In this document: one piece after another, positions 20,901 through 30,917 of the stretch
Position numbering within the stretch: position 1 is the first letter of the stretch
How the letters are laid out: each line of letters starts with the position of its first letter
Source: Candidatus Spongiisociaceae bacterium
GTDB taxonomy: Bacteria; Actinomycetota; Acidimicrobiia; Spongiisociales; Spongiisociaceae
Assembly: GCA_965202665.1 (NCBI GenBank)
Contig: OZ241841.1
Location: forward strand, 1,152,001 to 1,216,000
Reading direction: 5' to 3'
DNA: 64,000 nucleotides
Position numbers and translations under genes: made by a program
Notes under the pieces: generated by a model
Told to the model about the DNA's origin: nothing
Seen by the model: only the letters and a program-made list of their open reading frames with translations
The model's database searches: none

Positions 20901-21395
20901 ATGGACGCGACAGCCATCCTCACCGCCGGTCAGTTTGCCGGGCTTATCGCCCTGTTCATCTTCACCTGGCGCGTGGACAAGCGCTCCGAAGAGCGCACCA
21001 ACAACGCCAGCGAGGAACTGGGAACACAGTTCCAAACGCTGTTTACCGTTCTGCAAGAGTGCCAAACCCATCTGCAAGAGGGCCAAACCCAAATCCTGGC
21101 CCGGGTGGGCAACCTGGAAATGCGAGTGGGCAACTTGGAAACCCGGATGAGCAAACTGGAGGAAGGGCAGGCCACCCTGGCCGAAGGACAGGCGGCCCTG
21201 GCCTTGGAGTGGGCCAAAGCGGAAATCCGGTTGAAGCACCTGGAGGAAAACGCGGTCACGACGCAAGGCAAAATCGACGAGATCAGCGAACTGTCCCACC
21301 AAACCAATGCCAAAACCGCCAGCCTGGACGGCCTGATACGGGGCTACTTCATCCGAGAAGGCGACATCCTCCACGAAACCGCCGCCGCCGGATAA
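20901..21395 (+). CDS. N-terminal TM + heptad coiled-coil hypothetical protein (probably leaderless)
   Basis: MDATAILTAGQFAGLIALFIFTW, then RVGNLE/QATLAEG heptads; ATG directly follows a TAATAT/AATATT -10-like box; paralog of 22014-22526. Confidence 0.8.
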   Translation: MDATAILTAGQFAGLIALFIFTWRVDKRSEERTNNASEELGTQFQTLFTVLQECQTHLQEGQTQILARVGNLEMRVGNLETRMSKLEEGQATLAEGQAALALEWAKAEIRLKHLEENAVTTQGKIDEISELSHQTNAKTASLDGLIRGYFIREGDILHETAAAG

Positions 21396-21473
21396 CCACC
21401 GCCCGACTACGCCCGCCCTCGGAAACGGAAAGGCGGGTTTTTGGATTTTCGGAAACGGAGCTATATGGAAAGT

Positions 21474-21991
21474 ATGATGGCTGAACACCTCTTCGCTTGG
21501 ATCCTCATCGGTCTCCATGTCCCGGCGATCGTCTTTGTGTCTTTGTTTTCTGGAGCTGGAGCCGCGACGATGTGGGTATCATGGATGCCCCGGTCGGGAA
21601 ACGCATCACCAAGCTGGCGAACAGGATGGCCGACCTGTCGCGCAGGCATGGCCGGCTGGCGAACCGGAAAGCCAAACGGGAGCGCAAGCGGGACCGGCTA
21701 GAGGACAAGGTAGCCGCGCTGGGGCGCAAACAGAACGATTTGATGGACAATTTGGCCGGGCTGGCGGGCAAGATGGTCGACTCGTTGGAAGAACTCAAAA
21801 CTCCAGCCGAAACCGACCTCCCGCCTTTCGCCGCCCAACCGCCGCCCCCCGTTGCGGACGCCGAAACCTCTTACGGTTCTTACGCTCCGCCCCACCCGCC
21901 GCCGTGTCTTCTACCCGGGTTTTCACCGCCCATTCCCAAGAACGCGAAAAAAATATCTAGAAATCGCAAATTGCCCCTTGTTTTTTTCTGA
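21474..21991 (+). pseudogene. Frameshifted TM + coiled-coil protein
   Basis: TM segment MMAEHLFAWILIGLHVPAIVFVSLF is in one frame and coiled coil FWSWSRDD..RITKLANRMADL in another; adding one T to the T4 run at 21546-21549 joins them. Confidence 0.55.
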
Positions 21992-22013
21992 AAAGTGCTT
22001 TATATTGATTAGT
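21883..22013 (+). repeat. Duplicated upstream/promoter element, copy 2
   Basis: Aligns with 20770-20900. Confidence 0.85.
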
Positions 22014-22526
22014 ATGGATACGCTGATCACCATCATCGCCAGCCAAATCGGCCTGCTGGTCACCCTGTTCTACTTCATCTGGCGCTCGGACAAGCGCTCC
22101 GAAGAGCGCACCAACACAGCCAGCGAGAGACTGGAAACCCAGTTCCAAACGCTGTTCGCCGTTCTGCAAAACGGCCAAACCCAAATCCTGGCCCGGATGG
22201 GCAACCTGGAAGAAGGCCAAACCCAACTGCTAATCCGGATGGGCAACCTAGAAACCCGCACCGGCAACCTGGAAACCCGGATGGGCAACCTGGAGGAATG
22301 GCAGGCCACCCTGGCCGAAGGGCAGGCCACCCTGGCCATAGTGTTGGCCAAAGCGGAAATCCGGTTAAAGCACTTGGAGGAAAACACGGACACGATGCAA
22401 GGAAAAATCGACGAGATCAGCGAACTGTCCCACCAGACCAATGCCAAAACCGCCAACCTGGACGGCCTGGTACGGGGCTACCTCTTCAGAGAACACGGCA
22501 CCATCCACGAAGCCGCCACCGGATAA
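22014..22526 (+). CDS. N-terminal TM + heptad coiled-coil hypothetical protein (probably leaderless)
   Basis: MDTLITIIASQIGLLVTLFYFIW, RMGNLE 21-bp repeats; C-terminus nearly identical to that of 20901-21395. Confidence 0.8.
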   Translation: MDTLITIIASQIGLLVTLFYFIWRSDKRSEERTNTASERLETQFQTLFAVLQNGQTQILARMGNLEEGQTQLLIRMGNLETRTGNLETRMGNLEEWQATLAEGQATLAIVLAKAEIRLKHLEENTDTMQGKIDEISELSHQTNAKTANLDGLVRGYLFREHGTIHEAATG

Positions 22527-22562
22527 CCCCCGCCCGCCCCTCCCGCCCAGGGGGAGGCCCTG

Positions 22563-23117
22563 TTAGGGGGTTTGGCGCTTGCGGGCGGCGAACACCCGGC
22601 GCACCATCGGCTCGAAAAACTCCAAAGGCAGGTTGTCGTAGTCGGGGTCGAAGCAGTTCTGGTCGTAGTTGGCGCAGAAATCCACCGCGTCCTGATACCA
22701 CTGGTGGTCGCGGAACGCATCGCGAGCATGGCGGTCTTGGCCGTAATGATGGAAGTAGTAGTAACCCTGGAACAGCCCATGGTGGCGGATGATCCAGTAG
22801 TTGCGCTCCGACACGTAGGGGCGGAGAATGTCCGCCGCCACCTGGCTGTGGTTGAAAGGGGATATCAGGTCGCCGATGTCATGCATCAGGCAACACACCG
22901 TATATTCCTCGTCGCGTCCGTCCCGGTAGGCGCGGGTGGCCGACTGCAGGCAGTGCTCAAACCGGCTGATCCGGTAGCCGGCGTCCCCTTCGTTCCACTG
23001 AACCCATTGCAGCAACCGGTCCGCGTAGTCGGCGTGCAACTTTTCTTCCAACCGCTCCAACAGCAGGTAGTCCTCCCTGGTTCCGTCCTCCATCCGGGTA
23101 AACGACACCTGTTTCAT
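22563..23117 (-). CDS. HD-domain metalloprotein (PhnZ/TmpB-like or phosphohydrolase)
   Basis: EHCLQSATRA..MHDIGD..NH..HHG motif set. Confidence 0.75.
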   Translation of the reverse strand: MKQVSFTRMEDGTREDYLLLERLEEKLHADYADRLLQWVQWNEGDAGYRISRFEHCLQSATRAYRDGRDEEYTVCCLMHDIGDLISPFNHSQVAADILRPYVSERNYWIIRHHGLFQGYYYFHHYGQDRHARDAFRDHQWYQDAVDFCANYDQNCFDPDYDNLPLEFFEPMVRRVFAARKRQTP

Positions 23118-23248
23118 GTTCCCTCCCGTCCTAGCCCGGCCCGCCCGCCGCCGGTTGGAACTTTACGGCGAATTTCCCGTTCCGCCGCTCCGCGCGGTAT
23201 TCTACAGGTTATTATTTTGCTTGGAATGGGAACGGCGGCGGGAGCAGC

Positions 23249-24016
23249 ATGAAAAAAGACAACACCGACAAGCAAGTTCCGGCCCGGTTCGGTGGGGGAA
23301 AGCCCAGGTCGGGGAGCATTCGTTACATGGGGCCCCTGTTGGTAATGGCCTTGGCGGTTGCTTGCGGCGGAGGGGGGACCGACAACGGGGAAACCGCCGC
23401 GGAGGAAACCACTTCCACCACCGCCGCCGCCTCTTCGTCGGGCGACGCCGTAACCACCACCGCGGCCGCCGCCGTCGCCACCACTACCACCACCCGGCCG
23501 GTCATAACCACCACCACGACCACCACCCGGCCCGCGCCGGAACTGACCTCAGCCTCCCCGGCCACCCTGCGCGGCTTGGGGCCGGTGCGCATCGGAATGA
23601 CCGTGGAGGAGGCATCCGACGCGGCCGGCCTGGCCTTCACCCGCAGCCCGGCCCGGGGAGTGGGGGACAACTGCTACTACGTGAACGCCGGGTTGACGAT
23701 GAACGGGGTGTTTTTCATGGTGGTGAACAACCAGATCGCCCGTATCGAAGTGGAAGACCCCAGCCCGGTGTCCACCCGTTCCGGCGTGCGAGTGGGAACC
23801 AGTGCCTCCGAAGTGCGCACCACCTATCCGAACAACGTCCAGCGGGCCAACGAGGCGGTGGCCGAAGGCGGCGAAGCCCTGGCTTTCGTCCCCAACGACG
23901 ACTTCGACTCCGAATACCGCATATATTTTGAAATCACCGACGGGTCGGTGGCCCGCTACCGACTGGGCGTCAAACCGGCCATAGACCGAATAAACGGCTG
24001 CTCCGACACCGCCTAA
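23249..24016 (+). CDS. Lipoprotein with Thr/Ala-rich linker
   Basis: Lipobox LAVAC, poly-Thr linker, globular C-terminal domain. Confidence 0.75.
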   Translation: MKKDNTDKQVPARFGGGKPRSGSIRYMGPLLVMALAVACGGGGTDNGETAAEETTSTTAAASSSGDAVTTTAAAAVATTTTTRPVITTTTTTTRPAPELTSASPATLRGLGPVRIGMTVEEASDAAGLAFTRSPARGVGDNCYYVNAGLTMNGVFFMVVNNQIARIEVEDPSPVSTRSGVRVGTSASEVRTTYPNNVQRANEAVAEGGEALAFVPNDDFDSEYRIYFEITDGSVARYRLGVKPAIDRINGCSDTA

Positions 24017-24045
24017 CCGGGAGCCCGCGCACCCGCGGCGGGAGG

Positions 24046-25215
24046 TCAGTCCAGTTCCGGCAATGACTCCTGGCCGAACAACACGTACGGGTCTTCATAA
24101 CGCCGGGCCCGGTGCAGGGAACGGGTGCGCAACCAGGCTTCCCGCAACCGGGGGGCCGCCCGGTAGCGACGACTGCGGGCCTCCCCTTCCTGCAGCAACA
24201 GCCCGGCCCGCGCCAAAGCGGCCAGATCGCGGGTGGCGGCCGCTTCGCTGGGTTCTTCCGCGGTGGCCAACTTGGTTATCCGTTGATAGGTGGAGCGGCG
24301 CAACACCCTACCCCGGGCGGCGTCGTTCAACGCCCCCACCACCCGTTCCGGCAACCCGCTCCTTTCGGCTAAAATCTCGCATTCCCCCCACATAAACTCG
24401 GTTTCCTCGATGCGGCGCAGGTGGGTGCGGGCCGAGCGGTAGTGGGCGGTCAGGCAGAATTCCAACCACGGGCGGGCGTCCCGTTGCGGCGACCATTCGC
24501 CTGCTCCCACCTCCTGCAGCACCCGGTAGTAGGAGCCGGTGTTGCGACCCAGATATTCTTCGATGCTCGAAAACAGGGGCTCCATTATTCCCCCGGCGGA
24601 CAATACGAAGGTCTGCAGGCAACGGGCCATCCTCCCGTTGCCGTCCCGGAAAGGGTGAATCATCGTTAAGTTGAGATGGGCCATGGCCGCTTTCACCAAG
24701 ACGGGGGCTTCTTCGGCGGCCAGCTGCTCCGCCAGTTGCCCCAGCAAATCCTCCAGCAGGTCGCGGCCCGGGGGGATGTAGGCCACCGCCCCCTCGTTGT
24801 CCCTCACCCAAACCTGCCCCGACCGCCAGTTGCCGGGGCGGGATCTAAGATCGCGGCGCATCATCATAAAATGCAACGCCCGCAGGGTGCGGAGGTCAAT
24901 CGGCGGCCAACTTTCCGCCACCTGCAACACAAACGTCAGCGCATCCCGATACCCGGACAAGGCGTCGCGCGTCTCCCGGTCCGCCGTCACCCCCTCCTCC
25001 TCCCCTTCCGCCAAAGCGTCGGCTTCCTCCCAGGTGGATTCGTATCCTTCAATGGCGGTTGAATACCTCATAGCCCGCGTCAAAACGGCGCGACGCAAAT
25101 TCCCCTGCCAACGTTGGGGAACCCGCAGATGCAGACGCAACCGCTCCCGCAGTTCCCCTATTTCCCGCAAGATGCGGTGATCTATCAGCCTTAAAGTTGG
25201 TATTTTATAAATCAT
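24046..25215 (-). CDS. Fic family protein with probable C-terminal HTH
   Basis: HPFRDGNGRMAR Fic motif; TATAAT 7 nt before ATG 25215. Confidence 0.9.
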   Translation of the reverse strand: MIYKIPTLRLIDHRILREIGELRERLRLHLRVPQRWQGNLRRAVLTRAMRYSTAIEGYESTWEEADALAEGEEEGVTADRETRDALSGYRDALTFVLQVAESWPPIDLRTLRALHFMMMRRDLRSRPGNWRSGQVWVRDNEGAVAYIPPGRDLLEDLLGQLAEQLAAEEAPVLVKAAMAHLNLTMIHPFRDGNGRMARCLQTFVLSAGGIMEPLFSSIEEYLGRNTGSYYRVLQEVGAGEWSPQRDARPWLEFCLTAHYRSARTHLRRIEETEFMWGECEILAERSGLPERVVGALNDAARGRVLRRSTYQRITKLATAEEPSEAAATRDLAALARAGLLLQEGEARSRRYRAAPRLREAWLRTRSLHRARRYEDPYVLFGQESLPELD

Positions 25216-25310
25216 TTGTTCTATTATAACGGCTCTACCTGGCAAAGCAAATTAATAATCAAATCATATGATCCGATAATACGAGACAACCAGTCTCTTT
25301 TTCGTTCTAC

Positions 25311-26615
25311 CTAGTCCCGCGGTTCGTCTTTGGGTTTGCGGTGGATCATTTCGGAGGGGTGGCGGACGCGGCGGGCCATCTGCAGGACGATGGCCCCGGT
25401 GCGCGCCGGCACCATCAGGAACGCCCGTTGCTGTTCCACCGACAGGCCCTCTTTGGTCAGCACCAGTACCAGCGCAAACAGGGTGACCGCCAGGAAAATC
25501 CCGGCCATAGTCCAAAACAGCCCGGTCGGGCCCAGCCAGTCCATCATCGGAGCGGCGATGATCGGGCCCAGAAACGCCCCCACCCCGGTGATGAACAGGT
25601 AGATGCTGCTCACCGACACCGCCGAGCCGGGGGGCACCACATCGTTGATATGGCTTAGAGCCAGCGCATAGAGGGGCAAAGTCAGCCCGCCGAGCAGAAA
25701 AGAAATGATCAGGGCCGTCCATCCGGTCGGGTCGGCGAACACCATCCACACCGAAGTCAGGGAAGCCAGCAAAGCCACCATCGAAATCAGGCGGCGGCGG
25801 CGCACCCGGTCGGAGATAATCCCGATGGGGGTCTGCAACACCAGCGCGCCGATGATGGCGATGCTCACAAACAGGGCGATCATTCCCACGCTCATCCCCA
25901 CCCGCGCCCCGTACACGGCCGCCAGGCTCAGAAACGCCCCCACCCCCAGGCCCTGCCCCAACCCGGCCACCACCCCCACCGGGGCCGCCTCCCAGATGGT
26001 GCGGAAAGAAAGTTTGGCCACCAGCTGGAAATCAGGGGAAGGGGTGGCGGACAGGGTGATGGGGATTATCCCCACCGAAATCAGCAGGGAAGACACGATG
26101 AAAATGACGATTCCGTTCGGGTCGGCCACCGTCAGCAACAGTTGGCTGGCGGCCATCCCCCCGGTCAGCACCACCATGTATATGGAAAGCACCCGCCCCC
26201 GGGACTCGTTGGTGGTGGAATCGTTCAGCCAACTTTCCGCCACGATCAGCATCCCCGACAGGGTGAAGCCGGAGGTGAGGCGGGCCGCCCCCCACACCCA
26301 CGGGGAGTCGGTGACCGCGTAGAGCAGGCTGGCCGACGAGCAGAGGGAAGCCAGGGCGGCGTACACCCGGATGTGACCCACGGTGACCACCAACCGGGGG
26401 GAGATCCAGGCGGCCAACAGGAACCCCAGGTAGTTGAGGGACAGGACGGCCCCGGTGACGCTGGTGGAAAACCCGACCAACTCGGCCCGGATGCCGATGA
26501 CGGTGGCCAGCATGTTGGTGCCCAGCATCACCAGCAGGAGAGCGGAAAACAGCCCCCAGGCGCCGAGGATGGTCTGCCCGGTTGGTCCGGTTACACGGCC
26601 ATTGGTCTTGATCAC
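25311..26615 (-). CDS. MFS transporter
   Basis: About 12 hydrophobic segments, ESWLN and GIISDRVRRR motifs. Confidence 0.88.
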   Translation of the reverse strand: MIKTNGRVTGPTGQTILGAWGLFSALLLVMLGTNMLATVIGIRAELVGFSTSVTGAVLSLNYLGFLLAAWISPRLVVTVGHIRVYAALASLCSSASLLYAVTDSPWVWGAARLTSGFTLSGMLIVAESWLNDSTTNESRGRVLSIYMVVLTGGMAASQLLLTVADPNGIVIFIVSSLLISVGIIPITLSATPSPDFQLVAKLSFRTIWEAAPVGVVAGLGQGLGVGAFLSLAAVYGARVGMSVGMIALFVSIAIIGALVLQTPIGIISDRVRRRRLISMVALLASLTSVWMVFADPTGWTALIISFLLGGLTLPLYALALSHINDVVPPGSAVSVSSIYLFITGVGAFLGPIIAAPMMDWLGPTGLFWTMAGIFLAVTLFALVLVLTKEGLSVEQQRAFLMVPARTGAIVLQMARRVRHPSEMIHRKPKDEPRD

Positions 26616-26898
26616 GGCAACTCACCAGAAACGTGAGACCGCCCGGGGCTGCCCCCGCGACGGTACTGGGATAGGACATAGCCCCGCCGCAACCGGCGAT
26701 GGTCGCCCCAGAATACCACACCCGAAACACCCCCGCGACCGCCCCGTTATCCCAGGTAAAACCCGAAAACGCCAGTTGGCGGACTCCTCCGCTCGTCCGC
26801 CGCATCGCGTAACGCAACCCGAACCCCCGCCTTTAGATCCGAAGGGTCGGAAGGGGGTGTGTCTAAAGACACGCCGCCGTTTGCGTTAACCTGGCGGG

Positions 26899-28200
26899 AT
26901 GCGCAAGGCGATTCTGCTGGCGGCGGCGATGGCGGTCGGGGCGTGCGGGAACCCGGAACCAGGTTTCCCCACCGCGCCCGTCTCCGTGGCGGAAAGCGCC
27001 GCCTCTTCGCTCCCGGTAGCGGAAACGGCCGCGTCCGCACCGGCGGCGCCGTCTACGGAAGCGGCCGTTCCTTCCACCGCGGATGCGGGTTCCCCCCCGG
27101 CCGCGCCGGACGAAATTCCGTCCAGCACGGCGGCGGCGGGTGAGCCGGGCTTGCCTCCTCTGCGTTCTTTGCGTTACCGGCCGGTGGCGGAAGTTCCGTT
27201 TCCCATAGATCTGGCGCCGTTGCCCGGAACCGACCTGTTGGCCGTGGCGGGCAAAGAAGGGAAGGTGTGGGTTTTGGACGGGACCGGTTTGCGCCCGGAG
27301 CCGTTGCTGGACATCAGTCGGTTGGTTGTCAACCGGGGCGAGCAGGGTTTGCTGGGGATCGTCCCCCACCCCGGCTATGAAACCAACGGCCGCCTGTTCG
27401 TCCATTACACGGCCCGCAACGGCGACACGGTTCTCGCCGAATACGACATGGGCGCCCCCGACCCGGCCGCCTCCGGGCAAATCTTGTTCCGCACCGGCCA
27501 GCCCGCCGCCAATCACAACGGGGGAGCCCTGGTTTTCGGCCCGGACGGGTTTCTCTATCTGGGACTGGGCGACGGGGGGGCGTCCGACGACCGGTTCGGA
27601 CACGGGCAGAACGACCGTTCCCCCTTGGCGGCCCTGCTCCGGTTCGATGTTTCCGTCCCCGGTCGGGCGGAGCCCGCCCCCGGCAACCCTTTCCCGGCCC
27701 CGGAGGCGTGGGCCATCGGACTGCGCAACCCGTGGAAATTCACTTTCGACCCGCCCACCGGCCTGGTGGTGATCGCCGATGTGGGCCAAGACGACTTTGA
27801 AGAAATCTCGCTGGCCCCCGCCTCGGCCCCCGGTCTCAACTACGGGTGGCCGATCACCGAAGGCCTCCACTGCTTCCAACCCCGCACCGGATGCGACCCC
27901 ACCGGCCTGACCTTGCCCGCGGTGGAAATAGAACACGGCGACGACGGAACCTGTTCCATCACCGGCGGGGCGGTCTACCGGGGGAAGGCCATCCCGGAAC
28001 TGGACGGGCATTACCTGTTCTCCGACCTCTGCGGAGGCTACCTGCGCAGTTTCCCGGTAACCGACCCCGCCCTGATGCGGGACTGGACCCCGCAAGTGGG
28101 CAAACAGGAACAGGTAACCGCTTTCGGAACCGACCAGGCCGGGGAAATATACATGATGACCGCCAAAGGACAAATCCTGGCCTTAGAAGCCGAACGTTAA
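26899..28200 (+). CDS. PQQ-dependent sugar (glucose/sorbosone) dehydrogenase family lipoprotein
   Basis: Lipobox VGAC; EQGLLG, NHNGGALVFGPDG, GLRNPW, NYGWP motifs. Confidence 0.88.
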   Translation: MRKAILLAAAMAVGACGNPEPGFPTAPVSVAESAASSLPVAETAASAPAAPSTEAAVPSTADAGSPPAAPDEIPSSTAAAGEPGLPPLRSLRYRPVAEVPFPIDLAPLPGTDLLAVAGKEGKVWVLDGTGLRPEPLLDISRLVVNRGEQGLLGIVPHPGYETNGRLFVHYTARNGDTVLAEYDMGAPDPAASGQILFRTGQPAANHNGGALVFGPDGFLYLGLGDGGASDDRFGHGQNDRSPLAALLRFDVSVPGRAEPAPGNPFPAPEAWAIGLRNPWKFTFDPPTGLVVIADVGQDDFEEISLAPASAPGLNYGWPITEGLHCFQPRTGCDPTGLTLPAVEIEHGDDGTCSITGGAVYRGKAIPELDGHYLFSDLCGGYLRSFPVTDPALMRDWTPQVGKQEQVTAFGTDQAGEIYMMTAKGQILALEAER

Positions 28201-28428
28201 CCGAACCCGCCTCCCCCGGCCCCGAAGATGGCGATACGGCACCCGGGACGACCCCCGCAGTCTAGGCCGGACTAGTCCCGGGTTCGCCGTATCACGATCC
28301 GCTGAGCGGACAAATATCATCATACCCTCTTGTTATCGAACCTCAAATTCTCCCTGATGGGTCGCAAAATTTGGTAGGGTGTTGGAGTCGCCGCGGCTGA
28401 TGGGCGGCGGACTTCGGGAGGAAAGATT

Positions 28429-30576
28429 ATGCGCCGCAAATTCACCGCCGCCCAGATTCTGGTGGGGCTGGGGTGTTTGGCCGCGGTGGGAACCCTGGGC
28501 AGTTGGCTGGTAGGGCAGTTCCCCGGGCATGTGGAAGACCCGGTTTCGCGGGTGGTGTTCGGCAACATCCCGGTGGCTTTGCAGGCCCTGTTTTACACGG
28601 CGGCGGCCGGGTTCCTGTTTCTCGTCTTCTACCTGTTTTCCCTGCGGGCCCGCAACTGGCAACGGGGCGGCCCCGACCGGCGGGCCGGAATGTGGCGGGA
28701 ACGGCTGGCCGCTTTGGGAGCCGGGATGCGGATGCAGACGTTGCTGCGGGACCGGGCGGCGGGCCTGATGCATTCCATGGTGTATTACGGGTTCGCGGTG
28801 TTGTTTTTGGGAACGGTCACGTTGGAAGTGGATCACCTGTTGCCCGCCGGGTGGAAGTTCCTGCACGGCGATGTCTACCGGGGATACTCGTTCGTTCTGG
28901 ATTTGGCGGCCCTGGTTTTCCTGGGCGGGCTGGCCTGGGCGGGCTGGCGCCGGTACGGGCGGCCACCGGACCGGATACGCTCCAAAACCCGTCCCGAAGA
29001 CCTGTGGATTCTGCTCACTTTGGCCCTGATCGGAATATCGGGGGTGGCGGTGGAGGCGGCCCGCATCACGGTGGAAGGCCGCCCCGCCCACGAAGTGTGG
29101 TCTTTCGTCGGCTACCCGCTGTCCTATCTGGTTCCCGCCGGGTCGGCCTCCGGCGTCCATCAGGTCCTGTGGGTGGCGCACATCCTGTTTTTCCTAGCGT
29201 TTCTGGTGATTCTGCCCACCACCAAACTGCGCCACATGGTCACCTCCCCGGCCAACATGTTCCTGTCCCCCCGCGCCCGGCCCAAAGGGGCGATGCGGGA
29301 AATGCCCAACCTGCTGGAAGCGGACGACATCGAATCGGTGGGGGCGGGGGCGGTGTCCGAATTCACTTGGAAGCAACTGTTGGACACCGACGCCTGCACG
29401 GTGTGCGGGCGATGCACTTCGGTCTGCCCGGCCAACGCTACCGGCAAGCCGCTCGACCCCCGGGAGATCGTGCTCAAACTGGGCGAGGTGGCGGCCGCCA
29501 CCGGAACGCCGGCGGTGACCGGGCCGGTGACCACCGACGGGGGGATCACGGTCGCCTCCGAGCAGGTTTTCGAGCGCATCACCCCCGAAGAGCTGTGGGC
29601 CTGCACCTCCTGCCGGGCCTGCGATGAAATCTGCCCGGTCAACATTGAGATTTTGGACAAGATTCTGGACATGCGCCGCTATCTGGCCCTGATGGAAGCC
29701 GACTTCCCAGCCGAGTTGGGCAAAGCCTACGTGTCCATGGAAAACTCTTCCAACCCGTACGGGATGGGGCAGGCCGACCGGGAAGGCTGGACGAAAGGGC
29801 TGGATTTTGCGCCGCCGGTGCTGGGGCGGGACACGGAACGGGCCGAATACCTGTACTGGGTGGGATGCGCCGGGGCCTACGACGACCGCAACCAGAAAGT
29901 GACGGTGGCCGTGGCCCGGCTGTTGCGGGAAGCGGGAGTGGATTTCGCCATCCTGGGGCCGGCCGAGCTGTGCACCGGGGATCCGGCCCGCCGTTCCGGA
30001 AACGAATTCGTGTTCCAGCAGTTGGCGTTGCAGAACATCGAAACCTTGAGCGAACTGGGGGTGAAAAAAGTCATCACGCAATGCCCGCACTGCTTCAACA
30101 CCCTCAAAAACGAATATCCGCAGTTCGGAGGGGAATACGAAGTGATCCACCACAGCCAACTGCTGGCCGACCTGGTGGAACGGGGCCTGCTCTCCCCCGG
30201 CGACGGGGAGACCCGCACCGTCACCTACCACGACTCCTGCTACCTGGGACGGCACAACGACGTGTACCTGGCCCCGCGGGGGGTGGTGGCCTCCATTGGC
30301 GGAATCGAAGTGGTGGAAATGGGACGATCCGGCACCCGCTCCTTCTGCTGCGGAGCCGGCGGATCGCAAATGTGGATGGAAGAACACACCGGCAAAAAAG
30401 TGAACATAGACCGAGCGGAGGAAGCGGTAGCCACCGGAGCGGAAGAAGTAGCGGTGGCCTGCCCCTTCTGCTACGTGATGATGGACGACGGAGTACGCGA
30501 ACTGGGAGCGGAAGAACAAGTGGCCGTCAAAGACATCTCAATGATCCTCGCCGACTCCATATTCAACAACCGCTAA
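28429..30576 (+). CDS. Membrane Fe-S oxidoreductase (FadF / heterodisulfide-reductase-related)
   Basis: N-terminal TM region, two CxxCxxCxxxCP ferredoxin motifs, CCG domains (YHDSC, CCGAGG, CPFC). Confidence 0.88.
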   Translation: MRRKFTAAQILVGLGCLAAVGTLGSWLVGQFPGHVEDPVSRVVFGNIPVALQALFYTAAAGFLFLVFYLFSLRARNWQRGGPDRRAGMWRERLAALGAGMRMQTLLRDRAAGLMHSMVYYGFAVLFLGTVTLEVDHLLPAGWKFLHGDVYRGYSFVLDLAALVFLGGLAWAGWRRYGRPPDRIRSKTRPEDLWILLTLALIGISGVAVEAARITVEGRPAHEVWSFVGYPLSYLVPAGSASGVHQVLWVAHILFFLAFLVILPTTKLRHMVTSPANMFLSPRARPKGAMREMPNLLEADDIESVGAGAVSEFTWKQLLDTDACTVCGRCTSVCPANATGKPLDPREIVLKLGEVAAATGTPAVTGPVTTDGGITVASEQVFERITPEELWACTSCRACDEICPVNIEILDKILDMRRYLALMEADFPAELGKAYVSMENSSNPYGMGQADREGWTKGLDFAPPVLGRDTERAEYLYWVGCAGAYDDRNQKVTVAVARLLREAGVDFAILGPAELCTGDPARRSGNEFVFQQLALQNIETLSELGVKKVITQCPHCFNTLKNEYPQFGGEYEVIHHSQLLADLVERGLLSPGDGETRTVTYHDSCYLGRHNDVYLAPRGVVASIGGIEVVEMGRSGTRSFCCGAGGSQMWMEEHTGKKVNIDRAEEAVATGAEEVAVACPFCYVMMDDGVRELGAEEQVAVKDISMILADSIFNNR

Positions 30577-30915
30577 CCTTACTTGGCCGGTAGGTTGTTT
30601 ACAGTCTGCTGGTTGGTAGTTTTCCTCCGAGTCTGTAGCGGGGCCGGTGGTTGTGGCAGTAGTGGAGCCGGTGGCGGAGGGCTTGGTTTCGGGTTTGGTT
30701 GTCGGGCCAGGGTTGGGAGTTGGCCCACTTGGGGTTTGAGGATTTGGTTGTATCGTCCCACTTTGCCGTTCTGCTGGGGATGATACGGTTTGATTGTGAT
30801 ACGGCGGATGTCGTGTTTGGAGACCCTCTCGGGGCGGGTTTTGAGCGGCTCGCCGGTCAACGGGTCGCATCCCACAGACGCAACACCCCATGCATCCCGA
30901 AGACCTCCGCCCGTT
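30577..30915 (-). mobile_element. Internally deleted IS481-family remnant
   Basis: ggaggtcttcgggATGCAT start region joined to integrase-core fragment IKPYHPQQNGKVGRYN; shares sequence with 46338-46410 and 57735-58020. Confidence 0.7.
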
Positions 30916-30917
30916 GG

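Noticed and set aside
15532-22340. 69-bp and 21-bp repeats as possible CRISPR arrays
   Set aside because: They are head-to-tail coding repeats in multiples of 3, with no unique spacers and no cas genes
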